Origin: an uncultured archaeon
GTDB lineage: Archaea; Thermoplasmatota; Penumbrarchaeia; JASLWR01
Assembly (NCBI GenBank): GCA_964430885.1
Contig: CAYSHM010000003.1
Location: 96,001 to 160,000, forward strand
DNA: 64,000 bases
Reading direction: 5' to 3'
The first letter of the stretch is position 1, and the number at the start of each line of letters is the position of its first letter. This document shows, one piece after another, positions 48,282-58,504 of the stretch. Below the pieces are notes generated by a model, which did not search any database, was not told the origin of the DNA, and saw nothing but the letters and a program-made list of their open reading frames with translations. The translations under genes were made by a program, and so were the position numbers.

Positions 48282-49304
48282 TTATTCAGAGGAGCGCAAA
48301 AGTTCATTCAGAGATACATCTTTTCTGAGCAGGTAAAGGGGTTCATCCGACATCTCAATTATTATGCGGTCGTTCCTTTCAAAGGGATACTCGTTGAAAC
48401 CGTCCAGAGAGATTATACCGCTGGCCATATCCGAAACAATGACCAATTTACTGGTAAAACCCATTTTTAGGTTCACCCGGTCCATGGGCTCTCTAACTAT
48501 ATAGAAGAATTTTCCGGCATCCCTCTCAACTGAATACTTGAACTCCTCCATGATATTCTCATATCTTGTTGGGCCGGGATTGATCTGATCATATAGTATC
48601 CCATCTGATCCCGTAATGCGTTTGTTATTCCCGCCGCCATTAGGACGTGTCTGGCCGTGATAACAGTGATCGCAGAGCACGTAGCTTATCCATCCGCTCA
48701 TGCCGTGATAGGTGGAGGTTATCAATCCAGAGGAGCGCTGCCATTCCTCTTTTATGTCTCCCTCCCCCCCCTCATCTTCATGGACCAGGATCACATACTT
48801 GGATGGACGCCCGAAAAGATCATTGCCTATAGCGTACTCATTGAATGCCAGGTCCACCGGGATTGTGATGCCTGTAGCCCGTTCTATCCGGGCTTCAAGC
48901 CTTTGATATCGTGAAAAATGAGATGCCAGGGCGGATATTCGTTCTCCTTTACTGCGGACTTCCAAAGCCAGTTTCAGCATCAGCTTGGGAAGGTTTCCGT
49001 TCTCCCTTTCCATGGGGTCTTTGGCCGATAGGCCCATAAAGTGCCCCACACTCCTTTCACCGCATGAATGGATACCGACTATGAAACCTTCCTTTAGATA
49101 ATGTGTCAAGGTGAAAAGAGTACCATCGCCCCCGAGAGTAAAGTAGAGGGATACGCCCTCAAGGTCGGCATGATTGAGGTTGTTCCTTGACAATATCAAT
49201 AGATCCATATCCTCTCTTTTTCCGAAGAAAGCCCTTAACCTTTCAACCAATATGGAATGCTGGAGTTCCTCACTGCAGACAAGAACTATTCTCATAGTTT
49301 TCAC
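48282..49304 (-). CDS. NAD(H) kinase-family protein
   Basis: LGGDGT, AFNE, QRSSGLITST and ISLDG. Confidence 0.8.
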   Translation of the reverse strand: MKTMRIVLVCSEELQHSILVERLRAFFGKREDMDLLILSRNNLNHADLEGVSLYFTLGGDGTLFTLTHYLKEGFIVGIHSCGERSVGHFMGLSAKDPMERENGNLPKLMLKLALEVRSKGERISALASHFSRYQRLEARIERATGITIPVDLAFNEYAIGNDLFGRPSKYVILVHEDEGGEGDIKEEWQRSSGLITSTYHGMSGWISYVLCDHCYHGQTRPNGGGNNKRITGSDGILYDQINPGPTRYENIMEEFKYSVERDAGKFFYIVREPMDRVNLKMGFTSKLVIVSDMASGIISLDGFNEYPFERNDRIIIEMSDEPLYLLRKDVSLNELLRSSE

Positions 49305-49562
49305 ACCTGAACTGAACCTCGATCGCCCTAATATGGCCTATTATCCCTGGGGGAACTTGAGACAGTTAAGTATTCTACCCCATATATAAATATGGGCATA
49401 TACAGTCAGTTAGATGAAGTTTTCACTAAAACGAGGATTTTTTAGGTAAAAATAAATCATATAAAAACAATATTATTATTTCGAAGGCATTAATGATGAT
49501 TACATTGTAATATCTCATGAAACTCTACACATATATTGTATACAAATATCAAGGGTGGTCGA

Positions 49563-51983
49563 TTGAAAAAAGTATTAGTATTCCTTATTGCAGTAATATT
49601 ACTAGTTATACCGGGCGTACACGCCATAACCGGTCTTGGGACCGAAATGAAGAACGATCGAACATTGAAGGACCTTCCACCAGTCTATTGGAAAAATATG
49701 GACGGATACATTACCACTGGAATCGACTTCAGCGGTTACGATGAATATACATTTGAGTACTTTAGACCAAATCGTCCTCTATATGTTGTGGATCACTATC
49801 TAAGAGAGAAAATGGACCTTGCTGGCAGTGAAGAGCTCATTGAGGTAATTGTTCAATTCCAGGATGATATAGAAGAGAGTGATTATAGTTATCTCTCCAA
49901 GCTGGGAATTGAGGTAAAACATGTTTTTGACTCCTTTGAGGTCATTTACTGCCTCTGTACCAAATTGCAGATCGAGAAGCTCTCCAATAACCCACGGGTT
50001 TTCTATATGGAGTACAACGAGAAGCTTGAGTACTTTATGGACATGTCATTGGAGACCATCAAGGCCACTAATACCTGGTATTCTATGGTAGAGGATGCTA
50101 CAGGAGGATACAGCGGACCGATCGACGGGGCCGGGATCACCTGTGTGGTTGTGGACTCCGGCGTGGATGCAGGCCATCCAGATCTAGATTACAAGGAGAA
50201 GACCATCCTCAATATGAAATCAGATACCAACCTTGTTTGGACCGAGATGGAGAACACGGATACCTCTTCTGGACATGGAACCCACTGCGCCGGAACTGTG
50301 GCCGGTAACGGAGATGCTTCAGGTGGTGCGAGAAAAGGGGTGGCTCCCGGCGCAAATCTCATAGGATTATCCACTGGGGAAGGGGTGGCCATTCTCAATG
50401 CTCTCGGTGCCCTGAACTGGGTACACGAGAATTCAAGACCATACAACAATCCCTATAATATAAGACTCTGTACCAACAGCTGGGGTGCCGGGGGAGGAAC
50501 CTACAGTCCCAATGATTCCATATCTGTGGCAATCAATAAGATCACCTACGAGAACAATGTGGTATGTGTCTTTGCTGCCGGGAACTCAGGCGGGGACGGA
50601 AGCACAATTCAGTCCAGCAATTACGGCAATACTCCCTCGGCCATATGCGTAGCTGCTTCCGAGCGAGACGGATCCGGAATATCCGATTTCTCATCAAGGG
50701 GGAAATTCGGGCTCAACAGCACCTATCCCGATATTGCCGCACCGGGCGTGAGCATCTGGTCAACTGCTGCTAGGAGGACTCTTATCAGCGCTATGACCAA
50801 AGGACCCGTTATCGATCCCTACTATTTTGCAATTTCAGGTACAAGCATGGCCACACCTCATGTTGCGGGATTGGTATGTTTGCTCTGGCAGGCCTGCCCA
50901 TCCATGAAAATATCCTATATGCGGGACCACTATTCGGGAGATGAATTTACCGACTGGTGGACCCGAGAGGATACTAAAATGCACGAGGTCGAGCTCATTC
51001 TAAAGGCTAGTGCTGACTACATGAATGCAACCGATGACAACGGCATACCAAACAACTACTCCATGGGATACTGGGGCAAGGGATATGACATATCACAGGG
51101 GTATGGATTGGTGAATGCACAAAAGGCCGTTGCATTGGCTTTAACCCTTCAAGAACTCAGAGAACGCGACTTTGATCAGGACGGATTACCCGATTTCCCC
51201 AATGCCTCGGTTTGCGATGCTAGAAAGCAGTATGAGAAGACCATCAAACTCAAGAATATCAATTATTCGACCTCAAAACTTCACGCTAACTGGGAAGGTG
51301 AATGGACTCGGTTTACCAACCAGACTAACAGTATCAATAACGTGGAGACCGACCAGAGTCATTATTTCTACGTTCCCAAGGAGGCGAACAGATTGATCGT
51401 CGACCTTACCTACAGGGCAATGGAGGCGTCAACAATTTCTGCGGTCAACCTTAATCTTGTCATTGACGCAAACATGGACGGGAGCATTGATTGGAGACAA
51501 CCTCCGGGGTCCAGTATGCTGAAGGGAGTGAAGCATAACGAAATAGACCTTACCAGCGGAGATCTCAGCAGTCACAGGGGCAAGGTTTGGATGGTCAATA
51601 TTGAAGGACGCGGTATAGATTTCACACTCTTGGATCTGCTCCAAGGTAGTGCATATGGGGAGGTAATGGCAGAATATGAGGTTGGATTCGAAATTCACCT
51701 TGAAGAGGGGAACGGCCCTATTTTCCTCGGCTATATGAACAATCAGTCAAGCTTCACCCCCCTGGAACCTATCCTTCAGGGAGGTTATTATCCTGATGGA
51801 GTAACAATGACGAAGGGCGTTTTCGACATGAGCGTCATAGTCCCCATTGGAGAAGAAGGGGGCAAACCTGCAGAGGAAAAAAAGAGCTCATTGTGGATGA
51901 TCTGGATCCTGCTTGCCCTTATAATTGCCGTCATCGCTGTGGCAGTATACAGGAAAAAGAAGAAGGGTGACGGCAGGGAATAA
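49563..51983 (+). CDS. Membrane-anchored S8 (subtilisin-like) serine protease
   Basis: Signal peptide and propeptide; triad VVDSG, HGTHCAG and GTSMATP; FAAGN; C-terminal TM followed by RKKKKG. Confidence 0.95.
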   Translation: MKKVLVFLIAVILLVIPGVHAITGLGTEMKNDRTLKDLPPVYWKNMDGYITTGIDFSGYDEYTFEYFRPNRPLYVVDHYLREKMDLAGSEELIEVIVQFQDDIEESDYSYLSKLGIEVKHVFDSFEVIYCLCTKLQIEKLSNNPRVFYMEYNEKLEYFMDMSLETIKATNTWYSMVEDATGGYSGPIDGAGITCVVVDSGVDAGHPDLDYKEKTILNMKSDTNLVWTEMENTDTSSGHGTHCAGTVAGNGDASGGARKGVAPGANLIGLSTGEGVAILNALGALNWVHENSRPYNNPYNIRLCTNSWGAGGGTYSPNDSISVAINKITYENNVVCVFAAGNSGGDGSTIQSSNYGNTPSAICVAASERDGSGISDFSSRGKFGLNSTYPDIAAPGVSIWSTAARRTLISAMTKGPVIDPYYFAISGTSMATPHVAGLVCLLWQACPSMKISYMRDHYSGDEFTDWWTREDTKMHEVELILKASADYMNATDDNGIPNNYSMGYWGKGYDISQGYGLVNAQKAVALALTLQELRERDFDQDGLPDFPNASVCDARKQYEKTIKLKNINYSTSKLHANWEGEWTRFTNQTNSINNVETDQSHYFYVPKEANRLIVDLTYRAMEASTISAVNLNLVIDANMDGSIDWRQPPGSSMLKGVKHNEIDLTSGDLSSHRGKVWMVNIEGRGIDFTLLDLLQGSAYGEVMAEYEVGFEIHLEEGNGPIFLGYMNNQSSFTPLEPILQGGYYPDGVTMTKGVFDMSVIVPIGEEGGKPAEEKKSSLWMIWILLALIIAVIAVAVYRKKKKGDGRE

Positions 51984-51984
51984 T

Positions 51985-52461
51985 ATGAAGGAAATGACCT
52001 TCGACGAATTAGGGATAATTTATCAAAATCTGGTCCATGAGGCGGAAAGGGTTATGGCAAATGCCTATAACCCTTATTCTAAATTTTATGTGGGAGCTGC
52101 AATTCTATGCAGGGATGGAGAAATCATAACCGGCTCCAATGTTGAGAACTGCGCCTACGGCTCTACAATATGTGCTGAGAGAATGGCAATCGGACGCGCA
52201 AATGCAAAGGGAAAGAGGGATATGACCGCCATAGCAGTCATCGGAAAGGGGGAGAGCGCGGACTCGGAGAGTGTTGTAGGACCATGCGGATCCTGCCGTC
52301 AAATGATATTCGAGTTCGGCCACATTCACCCTGGATCTGTGGATGTTGTTATGTCCAATGCAAGAAAGGACAAGATAATTGTTGCAACCATCTCGGAACT
52401 GCTGCCATTGGCCTTTGGCCCTAGAGAATTAGGTGTTGATGTAGCGGAATATCAGCAATGA
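51985..52461 (+). CDS. cdd: Cytidine deaminase (homotetrameric type)
   Basis: AYNPYSKFYVGAA, NVENCAYG, ICAER, PCGSCRQ and ELLPLAF. Confidence 0.95.
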   Translation: MKEMTFDELGIIYQNLVHEAERVMANAYNPYSKFYVGAAILCRDGEIITGSNVENCAYGSTICAERMAIGRANAKGKRDMTAIAVIGKGESADSESVVGPCGSCRQMIFEFGHIHPGSVDVVMSNARKDKIIVATISELLPLAFGPRELGVDVAEYQQ

Positions 52462-52817
52462 GCAGTTCACATACCAGTTGGCTCCTTCAGCACCCTATAC
52501 TCCGATTTATTATTTTACACGCAAACCTTTTATATGCCGGAGGTTTTTTTTCCCCGTTGGTTAATTGCCAAAAGGGGTGAATCCCTGTTATTGATGTCTG
52601 GTCTGATAACTGGTAATGAATTGACTTTCAATAAATGGCCGAATAATATAATACAATCAGGGATTCAAGAGAAATGGGAACAATCAGGAAGCAGTATATC
52701 AATGAACAATAATTGGTATTGTATTGGTCCCCTTCAACCGGATAAGAACATATCGATTGAATATTACCTGCTGATTTGGAAAGTGCCGCATTACTGAATA
52801 TAGCCGAGGGTGAGAGT

Positions 52818-53345
52818 ATGATGTGTGAACTATGTGGAAAGAGCATTGAGAGAGGAGTGCCTACTGAAGTGGAGGGATCGGTGCTGGAAGTATGCAGAGA
52901 TTGTGCATCGTTCGGAAAACCCGTTAAGACCAGAAAAGGAGGGGGGGCGGGTTACCCTTCACCCCCTGGAGATTCTTCGGGATCCAATATCGAGGCAAAC
53001 CTCCAGAGGCGGTTTCAGAGAATGAGGGGTAAGGACATCTATGACAAGGCCGACCTGGTTCTGGCCGATGATTTTAATAGAATCATCCGAAAGGGCAGAC
53101 AGGCTAAAGGCTGGAGCCAAAAGGACCTCGCCAACAATATCAATGAAAAGAAATCCGTTATTGCCAAGCTGGAGAAATCGGACATGAGGCCAGATGAGGC
53201 TTTGAGAAAGAAACTCGAAAAGGCCCTAAATATCCGCCTCCTGGATGAACTCCCTGAACCTGTAACTCAATCCAAAAGAGGAGGAGGGGCTTTAACCATT
53301 GGCGACCTTATTCTCATGGCCAAAAAGGATCAGAAACAGAAGTGA
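52818..53345 (+). CDS. mbf1: Multiprotein bridging factor aMBF1
   Basis: CELCG..VEGSVLEVCRDCASFG zinc ribbon; Cro-like HTH (WSQKDLA..KLE..RPD); C-terminal LTIGD. Confidence 0.93.
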   Translation: MMCELCGKSIERGVPTEVEGSVLEVCRDCASFGKPVKTRKGGGAGYPSPPGDSSGSNIEANLQRRFQRMRGKDIYDKADLVLADDFNRIIRKGRQAKGWSQKDLANNINEKKSVIAKLEKSDMRPDEALRKKLEKALNIRLLDELPEPVTQSKRGGGALTIGDLILMAKKDQKQK

Positions 53346-53349
53346 TACA

Positions 53350-54201
53350 ACGAGCAGAAAAAAAATCTTTATCAGTATTGTGATTACCACTTTCAACGAA
53401 GAAAGGAACCTCCCGGGCCTCCTGGATTCATTTATTCATCAGGAAAAGCCTTTTGAAGTGATCATAGTCGATGCCGGTTCCAGGGACCGATCGCAGGAAA
53501 TTGTCAGGAGATATGGGGAGAGATATCCTTTCATAAGGTTGGAGATATATCCAGGGACTCGGGGCGAGAGCAGGAACAGGGGGATTGAAATCGCAAAAGG
53601 GGGCGCTGTGGCCTTTATTGACGGAGACGCCCTGGCCAATCCGTTCTGGCTGAAGGAACTGAGAAAGAGTCTAAAGAAAAATGATGTCGTCGGCGGGATA
53701 GTGTTCAATGTGGGTTATCAGCCCTTTGTAGAATTGCCCCGTGTGGAGATGTTCTTCAGGAACAACGATCTTTCCCTTCCCTCCTGCAACCTTGTTTTTA
53801 AGAAAAAGGTGCTTGATGACATAGGTGGTTTTGATCCTGTTTTCATTACGGCGGAGGATATGGATCTCAATCTGAGGGCGGTTCTGGCCGGTTATAATAT
53901 AGGATATAATGAAAAGGCTGTTGTCTATCATCACGAGCGCTCTACTGTACAAGGGTTCATAAAACAGGCATTCTGGAATGGATTGGGAAGGAGACAGCTC
54001 CAGCTCAAACATGGAGATGTCGGGGAAGGCTACGATCTGGACAAGCTTTTATCACGAAAGCTCAACATGTGGTACTTTGTTAGAATAGGAATAGGAATGC
54101 TTGGATATGCCACTCTTCTCCTTACGGGTGTTAAGAAATACACTCCTGAAAAATATTCAAATAAGAAAACAAAAAAGAATAATAGGAACAAAGGGAAATA
54201 A
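53350..54201 (+). CDS. Glycosyltransferase family 2
   Basis: SIVITTFNEE, IIVDAGSRD, RNRG, AFIDGD, GGFDP..AEDMDL and VYH. The start is ambiguous (TTG 53299, ACG 53350, or GTG 53342 with slippage). Confidence 0.9.
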   Translation, partial: TSRKKIFISIVITTFNEERNLPGLLDSFIHQEKPFEVIIVDAGSRDRSQEIVRRYGERYPFIRLEIYPGTRGESRNRGIEIAKGGAVAFIDGDALANPFWLKELRKSLKKNDVVGGIVFNVGYQPFVELPRVEMFFRNNDLSLPSCNLVFKKKVLDDIGGFDPVFITAEDMDLNLRAVLAGYNIGYNEKAVVYHHERSTVQGFIKQAFWNGLGRRQLQLKHGDVGEGYDLDKLLSRKLNMWYFVRIGIGMLGYATLLLTGVKKYTPEKYSNKKTKKNNRNKGK

Positions 54202-54345
54202 AGGAAAGGAACAATCCAACGTTTTTGCTATTACTGCATTACTAATAATAATAATAATTCAAATTTCAAATAAATAATTGAGATTTAGGAAAGGTATATT
54301 CATTGAGGCAGATCGGGAGATAACATAAAAAGGCAGGTGTGAATC

Positions 54346-56889
54346 ATGGCGGAAATGACCAATCAGGGTTTACCAAAACCCCCTAGGAAAAAGGTAAAAA
54401 AGGTAAAGAAGGTAAGGAAAGAGACCCGGACCGTGAAGCGTCCGATTCCAAAGAGAAGGGTAGTCCGGCAGGCTACAGCCAAGGACAAAATGGTCCAGCA
54501 GCAGCCCTACGCGGAACAGCCCGATTTTGGTCAATATGACATGCCTAGCGGCGAACAGACCGTAAGTCAGGAGGAGAGCTATCAGGAATACGCTGGTGAA
54601 GAACAGGCTGAAACATCTGCAGAGATGTTCGGGGTAATGGCCCAAGAAGAGGATGATGTTGTGGAGGAACTTCTTAGAGAGGGGCTCGATGGTGAAGGTG
54701 ATGCTGGAACCGAAGATATTGCTGAAGGAGTGGAGACCCCGGAAGAGATGGAGGAAGAAATCACCCCCGAATTGGCCCTGAAAATACAGGACGTTACCGA
54801 TCTGCTTAACAAGGCAAACCAGAAACTAACCATGGCAAAGAGGGAAAGCGGTTACGCATTCAACGAGGCTACCAGCATTATGGAGAGATGCGCAGACCTT
54901 TTCGGTGAAGAGAAATATGATGAGATAATGGAGATTATCGGAGAGGTAGAGCCTTCAGTAGATAATGAGATCAGAAGTTGGGATGATATCTACGAACGGT
55001 TGGAAAAATTAAGAAATGATATTGTCTGGCTCGGTGAGAGGAATATTTTTGACGAACAAGTCAATGAATGTTATGAGAAGGCTGGCGAAACCTACCAGGA
55101 AGGGGATATTCAGGGTACTTTGGCTCTGATCGAAAATATGGAGAACAGCACCAAAACCCTGAAGGAATCCCTCGAAACCACCATCGAGAATATAGGAAAG
55201 ATCAAGGTCATACTTTCAGAAGCTCAGGATGAGGGCATCGACATTACCGAAGAGATGAATTCTGTTGCCATGCTCAGAGAACCCATGTCCGAGGGTGATT
55301 TTGAAACGGTGAACAAGGCCATTTCGGGAATTGAGGGATCAATCCAAAACAGAAGAAAAGAAGCTGTCCTTGCTGAACTTGAGGAGACGGACAAGATACT
55401 GAAAAATGCTCCTCCTACAATAGACCTTACGGAAGCTAAAGAACTGCTACTGGAAAGCAGAGAATTACTGGAAAACGACGAATACAAGGATGCAAAGCAG
55501 AAAATATTCAATGCTAGGGAAGCGGCAAAGGAAACCAGAGAGCGATATCTGGAACTGGTCCAGAAGATCGAAACGGTGAGCAAATATATGGATCAGTTAT
55601 CCACAATGCCTATTGACATCACAGAGATAGAAGAGATCAGCATCACATCCAAAGAGGCCCTTAAAAACGGAGACCTTGACGGAGCTGAGGAGTGCCTGAA
55701 AAGACTCCAACCAGCAATGGAGGAGATGAAGGAGAAGGAAAAGGCAAGATTTTCGCAATCCATAGAAGAAGAACTACAGAAGGTCGGCGCTTCCCTGGCC
55801 GAGATACGGGAAAAATATCCAAGCAGCGATATCGAGGTATTCCAAAAGCGTCATATCACTCTGGCTGAACAGTATGAGGAAGCACAGGATCTGAGGGACC
55901 TAATCCATCTTCATGCACTAACCGAAGAGCTCCATAATATCATGGAAGCCAGAATGGGCATGATCATCAAGAGAGCGAAGGAGACCCAGAATGGAAGGGC
56001 AGTTCTGGGTGTTGACACTGAAACCGGTACGGGGCATCCACGATCCACATTTGATGTGTGTACTGTCTGCAAGAAACCCGTAGGTACTCATGAAGCTAGA
56101 TATCTGTGCGGCTGCAACCAGCTTTATCACAAGGGCTGCGCAGAAAAAGTGAGCTCCAACTTCTGCAACGAATGCGGCGGTGACCTGTTCGATATCGAGA
56201 ACATGTTCCTAGTGACCTGCTCCATATGCGGAGGCGACGTATGGTATGACGATACATTGTTGGTCCATGACTGCGGTGCTTTCTATCACAGGGACTGCAT
56301 ACTTACAGAGATGGAATGCGGAAACTGCTATGGACCGGTGGATGCTGCTACCGGATATATAATGGCAACATGTATGGTATGCTACAAAATTGTGCGGGAT
56401 GATTCGGACAGCGTACGTTGCGACTGCGGTGAGCCATACCATGACAAATGCTACGATATAATTAACTACTGCACCAGGTGCGGGAAAAACCTCAGTGAAG
56501 GGGCTACCGTGCAGGAGAAAATGAAATGGGAAGAGGAGAATGTAGCCAGTGATGATCAATCCGACTCCACTGAGGAAGTAGAGAGCGATCCCGCTGAAAA
56601 CGCAGATACGGAAGTTGACAGCCTTCTCGGTGAAGCCGAGGAAAGCATATCCCAAGAGGTGACGGAGGTAGAACCAAAACCTGATAAGATCGAAGAGGGA
56701 AGCCCGGAGAAAGGAGAAAAAGAGGAGGTTGTGGAAGAAAAGATCGAAGAAGAGGGCAAGGAAGAGGAAGAAGCTAGCGAACCAGTCTTGCCGGAAGCTG
56801 AAAAACAAGAAACCAAGGACCAGGGAGGAGATGACGACATCGATGATGAGCTGGAATCCCTCCTTGAAGGCATTGAGGACGAATTGTAA
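54346..56889 (+). CDS. Large acidic helical-repeat protein with three tandem RING-like zinc fingers
   Basis: Basic N-terminus; helical repeats (GIDITE.., IDLTEAKELL.., GDLDGAEECL); three CxxC..(C/H)xC..H..C..CxxC units; acidic tail. Confidence 0.82.
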   Translation: MAEMTNQGLPKPPRKKVKKVKKVRKETRTVKRPIPKRRVVRQATAKDKMVQQQPYAEQPDFGQYDMPSGEQTVSQEESYQEYAGEEQAETSAEMFGVMAQEEDDVVEELLREGLDGEGDAGTEDIAEGVETPEEMEEEITPELALKIQDVTDLLNKANQKLTMAKRESGYAFNEATSIMERCADLFGEEKYDEIMEIIGEVEPSVDNEIRSWDDIYERLEKLRNDIVWLGERNIFDEQVNECYEKAGETYQEGDIQGTLALIENMENSTKTLKESLETTIENIGKIKVILSEAQDEGIDITEEMNSVAMLREPMSEGDFETVNKAISGIEGSIQNRRKEAVLAELEETDKILKNAPPTIDLTEAKELLLESRELLENDEYKDAKQKIFNAREAAKETRERYLELVQKIETVSKYMDQLSTMPIDITEIEEISITSKEALKNGDLDGAEECLKRLQPAMEEMKEKEKARFSQSIEEELQKVGASLAEIREKYPSSDIEVFQKRHITLAEQYEEAQDLRDLIHLHALTEELHNIMEARMGMIIKRAKETQNGRAVLGVDTETGTGHPRSTFDVCTVCKKPVGTHEARYLCGCNQLYHKGCAEKVSSNFCNECGGDLFDIENMFLVTCSICGGDVWYDDTLLVHDCGAFYHRDCILTEMECGNCYGPVDAATGYIMATCMVCYKIVRDDSDSVRCDCGEPYHDKCYDIINYCTRCGKNLSEGATVQEKMKWEEENVASDDQSDSTEEVESDPAENADTEVDSLLGEAEESISQEVTEVEPKPDKIEEGSPEKGEKEEVVEEKIEEEGKEEEEASEPVLPEAEKQETKDQGGDDDIDDELESLLEGIEDEL

Positions 56890-57008
56890 TGATTTAAAGA
56901 TAATATATTTTTTCAGAATAAATACAAATTGACGGACCATAATACAATTTAAAAAATTGAAACTATAAGCTTTGATCTTATTTATTTCCCCATTGACTAG
57001 GTGATTTA

Positions 57009-58493
57009 TTGGAAAAGACAACAGAAAATGAACTAGATCTACTAGGTGAATTGAGAAGGACCCATTACTGCACCGATGTAAAGGAAAGCGAATTCAACAC
57101 CCAGGTAGTGCTGGCTGGCTGGATTCACGAGATGAGGAACCTCGGCGGGATATGCTTTCTTCAGCTGAGAGACCGAAGCGGCATTGCCCAGGTCACCCTT
57201 GAGAAGAGCCATGATGAAAATATCTTCAACACCTTGACCTCACTATCCAGGGAAAGCGTTATCATGGTCAAAGGATTGGCGAAAGAGAATGATCGAGCTC
57301 CCGGAGGATTTGAAGTAATACCCGATCTGGCAAAGGTGCTTTCAAAAGCCGAAGTGCCCCTTCCCCTGGGCGTATCCGACATGGTACTAGCGGATCTGGA
57401 CACAAGACTGGACAACAGATTCCTGGATCTGAGAAAAGAGGATATCAATGCAGTGTTCAGGATCAAGCATAAGGTTCTGAAAGCGGTATCCGATACCTTA
57501 TCGGACCGGGGTTTTATCGAGGTTAATACACCCAAGATCGTGGCCACTGCTACCGAGGGAGGAACTGAACTCTTCAGGGTCAAGTACTTCAACGAGGATG
57601 CTTTCCTGAACCAATCCCCACAGCTATACAAGCAGACGCTGATGGGTGCGGGATTCGACAGGGTATTTGAGATCGGGCCGGCATTCCGAGCGGAAGAGCA
57701 CGACACTGTGAGACATCTTAACGAGTTCATATCCCTTGATATTGAGATGTCCTTTTCAGATGAGAACGATGCTATGGACGCTCTGGAAGAGGTAACCCGA
57801 AACGTTGTCAACAGCGTAGCTGGCTGCAGGGATGAGATTCAGCTAATTAATCAGGGCCGCAAGAAATTGAACAAGCTTGTTAACAAGATGAACATGAACA
57901 TCAACAGACAGAACAAAGCCATAAAGAAAGAGAACCAGAAACTGAAATCCCAGAGCAAACCTCTAAAGGAGCTGGCCAAACCCCATGGACTTTATCCTAT
58001 GATGGAGGTCGAACCTATAGAGGGAAGGGTACCCCGGATCAGATACCAAAAATGCATCGATATTGCCAAAAAAGGAGGGGTGAAAGTGGAGTTTGGTGAA
58101 GATCTTTCCATGGAAGCCATGAAAGTTGTGGCCAAGAAATATCCTGGCTACTTCTTCATAACCCATTGGCCCACTGCAATAAAACCTTTCTATGTTCAAC
58201 CCTACGAGGACGAGCCGGAGGTATGCAGGGCCTTTGATCTTAACAGGGGATGGTATGAGCTGGCATCTGGCGCCCAAAGAGTACATGATATTGAGCTATT
58301 GAGGAAGAACTTAGAACGAATGGGGTTGGACCCTGAGGCTTTTTCCTACTATCTCAATGCCTTCAGGTACGGTATGCCGCCTCATGCTGGTTGGGGGTGC
58401 GGACTTGAAAGATACATGATAGCCCTGACCAGCGTGAAAAATGTACGTGAGGTAGTACTGTTCCCCAGGGACCGGTACAGACTGGTGCCGTAA
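57009..58493 (+). CDS. aspS: Aspartate--tRNA ligase (archaeal type, probably non-discriminating)
   Basis: RRTHY, GWIHEMRNLGGI, RLDNRFLDLR, ATEGG, QSPQLYKQ, FRAEEH, SGAQR and GMPPHAGWGCGLER; Pro in the anticodon-domain loop (RAPGG). Confidence 0.96.
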   Translation: MEKTTENELDLLGELRRTHYCTDVKESEFNTQVVLAGWIHEMRNLGGICFLQLRDRSGIAQVTLEKSHDENIFNTLTSLSRESVIMVKGLAKENDRAPGGFEVIPDLAKVLSKAEVPLPLGVSDMVLADLDTRLDNRFLDLRKEDINAVFRIKHKVLKAVSDTLSDRGFIEVNTPKIVATATEGGTELFRVKYFNEDAFLNQSPQLYKQTLMGAGFDRVFEIGPAFRAEEHDTVRHLNEFISLDIEMSFSDENDAMDALEEVTRNVVNSVAGCRDEIQLINQGRKKLNKLVNKMNMNINRQNKAIKKENQKLKSQSKPLKELAKPHGLYPMMEVEPIEGRVPRIRYQKCIDIAKKGGVKVEFGEDLSMEAMKVVAKKYPGYFFITHWPTAIKPFYVQPYEDEPEVCRAFDLNRGWYELASGAQRVHDIELLRKNLERMGLDPEAFSYYLNAFRYGMPPHAGWGCGLERYMIALTSVKNVREVVLFPRDRYRLVP

Positions 58494-58504
58494 ATATAGG
58501 CAGT

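Noticed and set aside
52534-52797. 87-aa ORF between cdd and mbf1
   Set aside because: It has no recognisable motif or clear SD, contains a T-run resembling a terminator and overlaps the likely mbf1 promoter. It cannot be supported, though it is not excluded.
54244-54258. (AAT)5 microsatellite
   Set aside because: It is short and lies in an AT-rich intergenic region, so it is expected by chance.
56209-57021. 270-aa minus-strand ORF and many other antisense or overlapping ORFs in the track (e.g. 7867..8436, 25965..26486, 57161..57811)
   Set aside because: They are shadows of well-supported genes on the opposite strand or in another frame, with no recognisable motifs.
57845-58025. Mini-intein in aspS
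   Set aside because: There is no N-terminal Cys/Ser block or C-terminal His-Asn followed by Cys/Ser/Thr, and the insert is too short.
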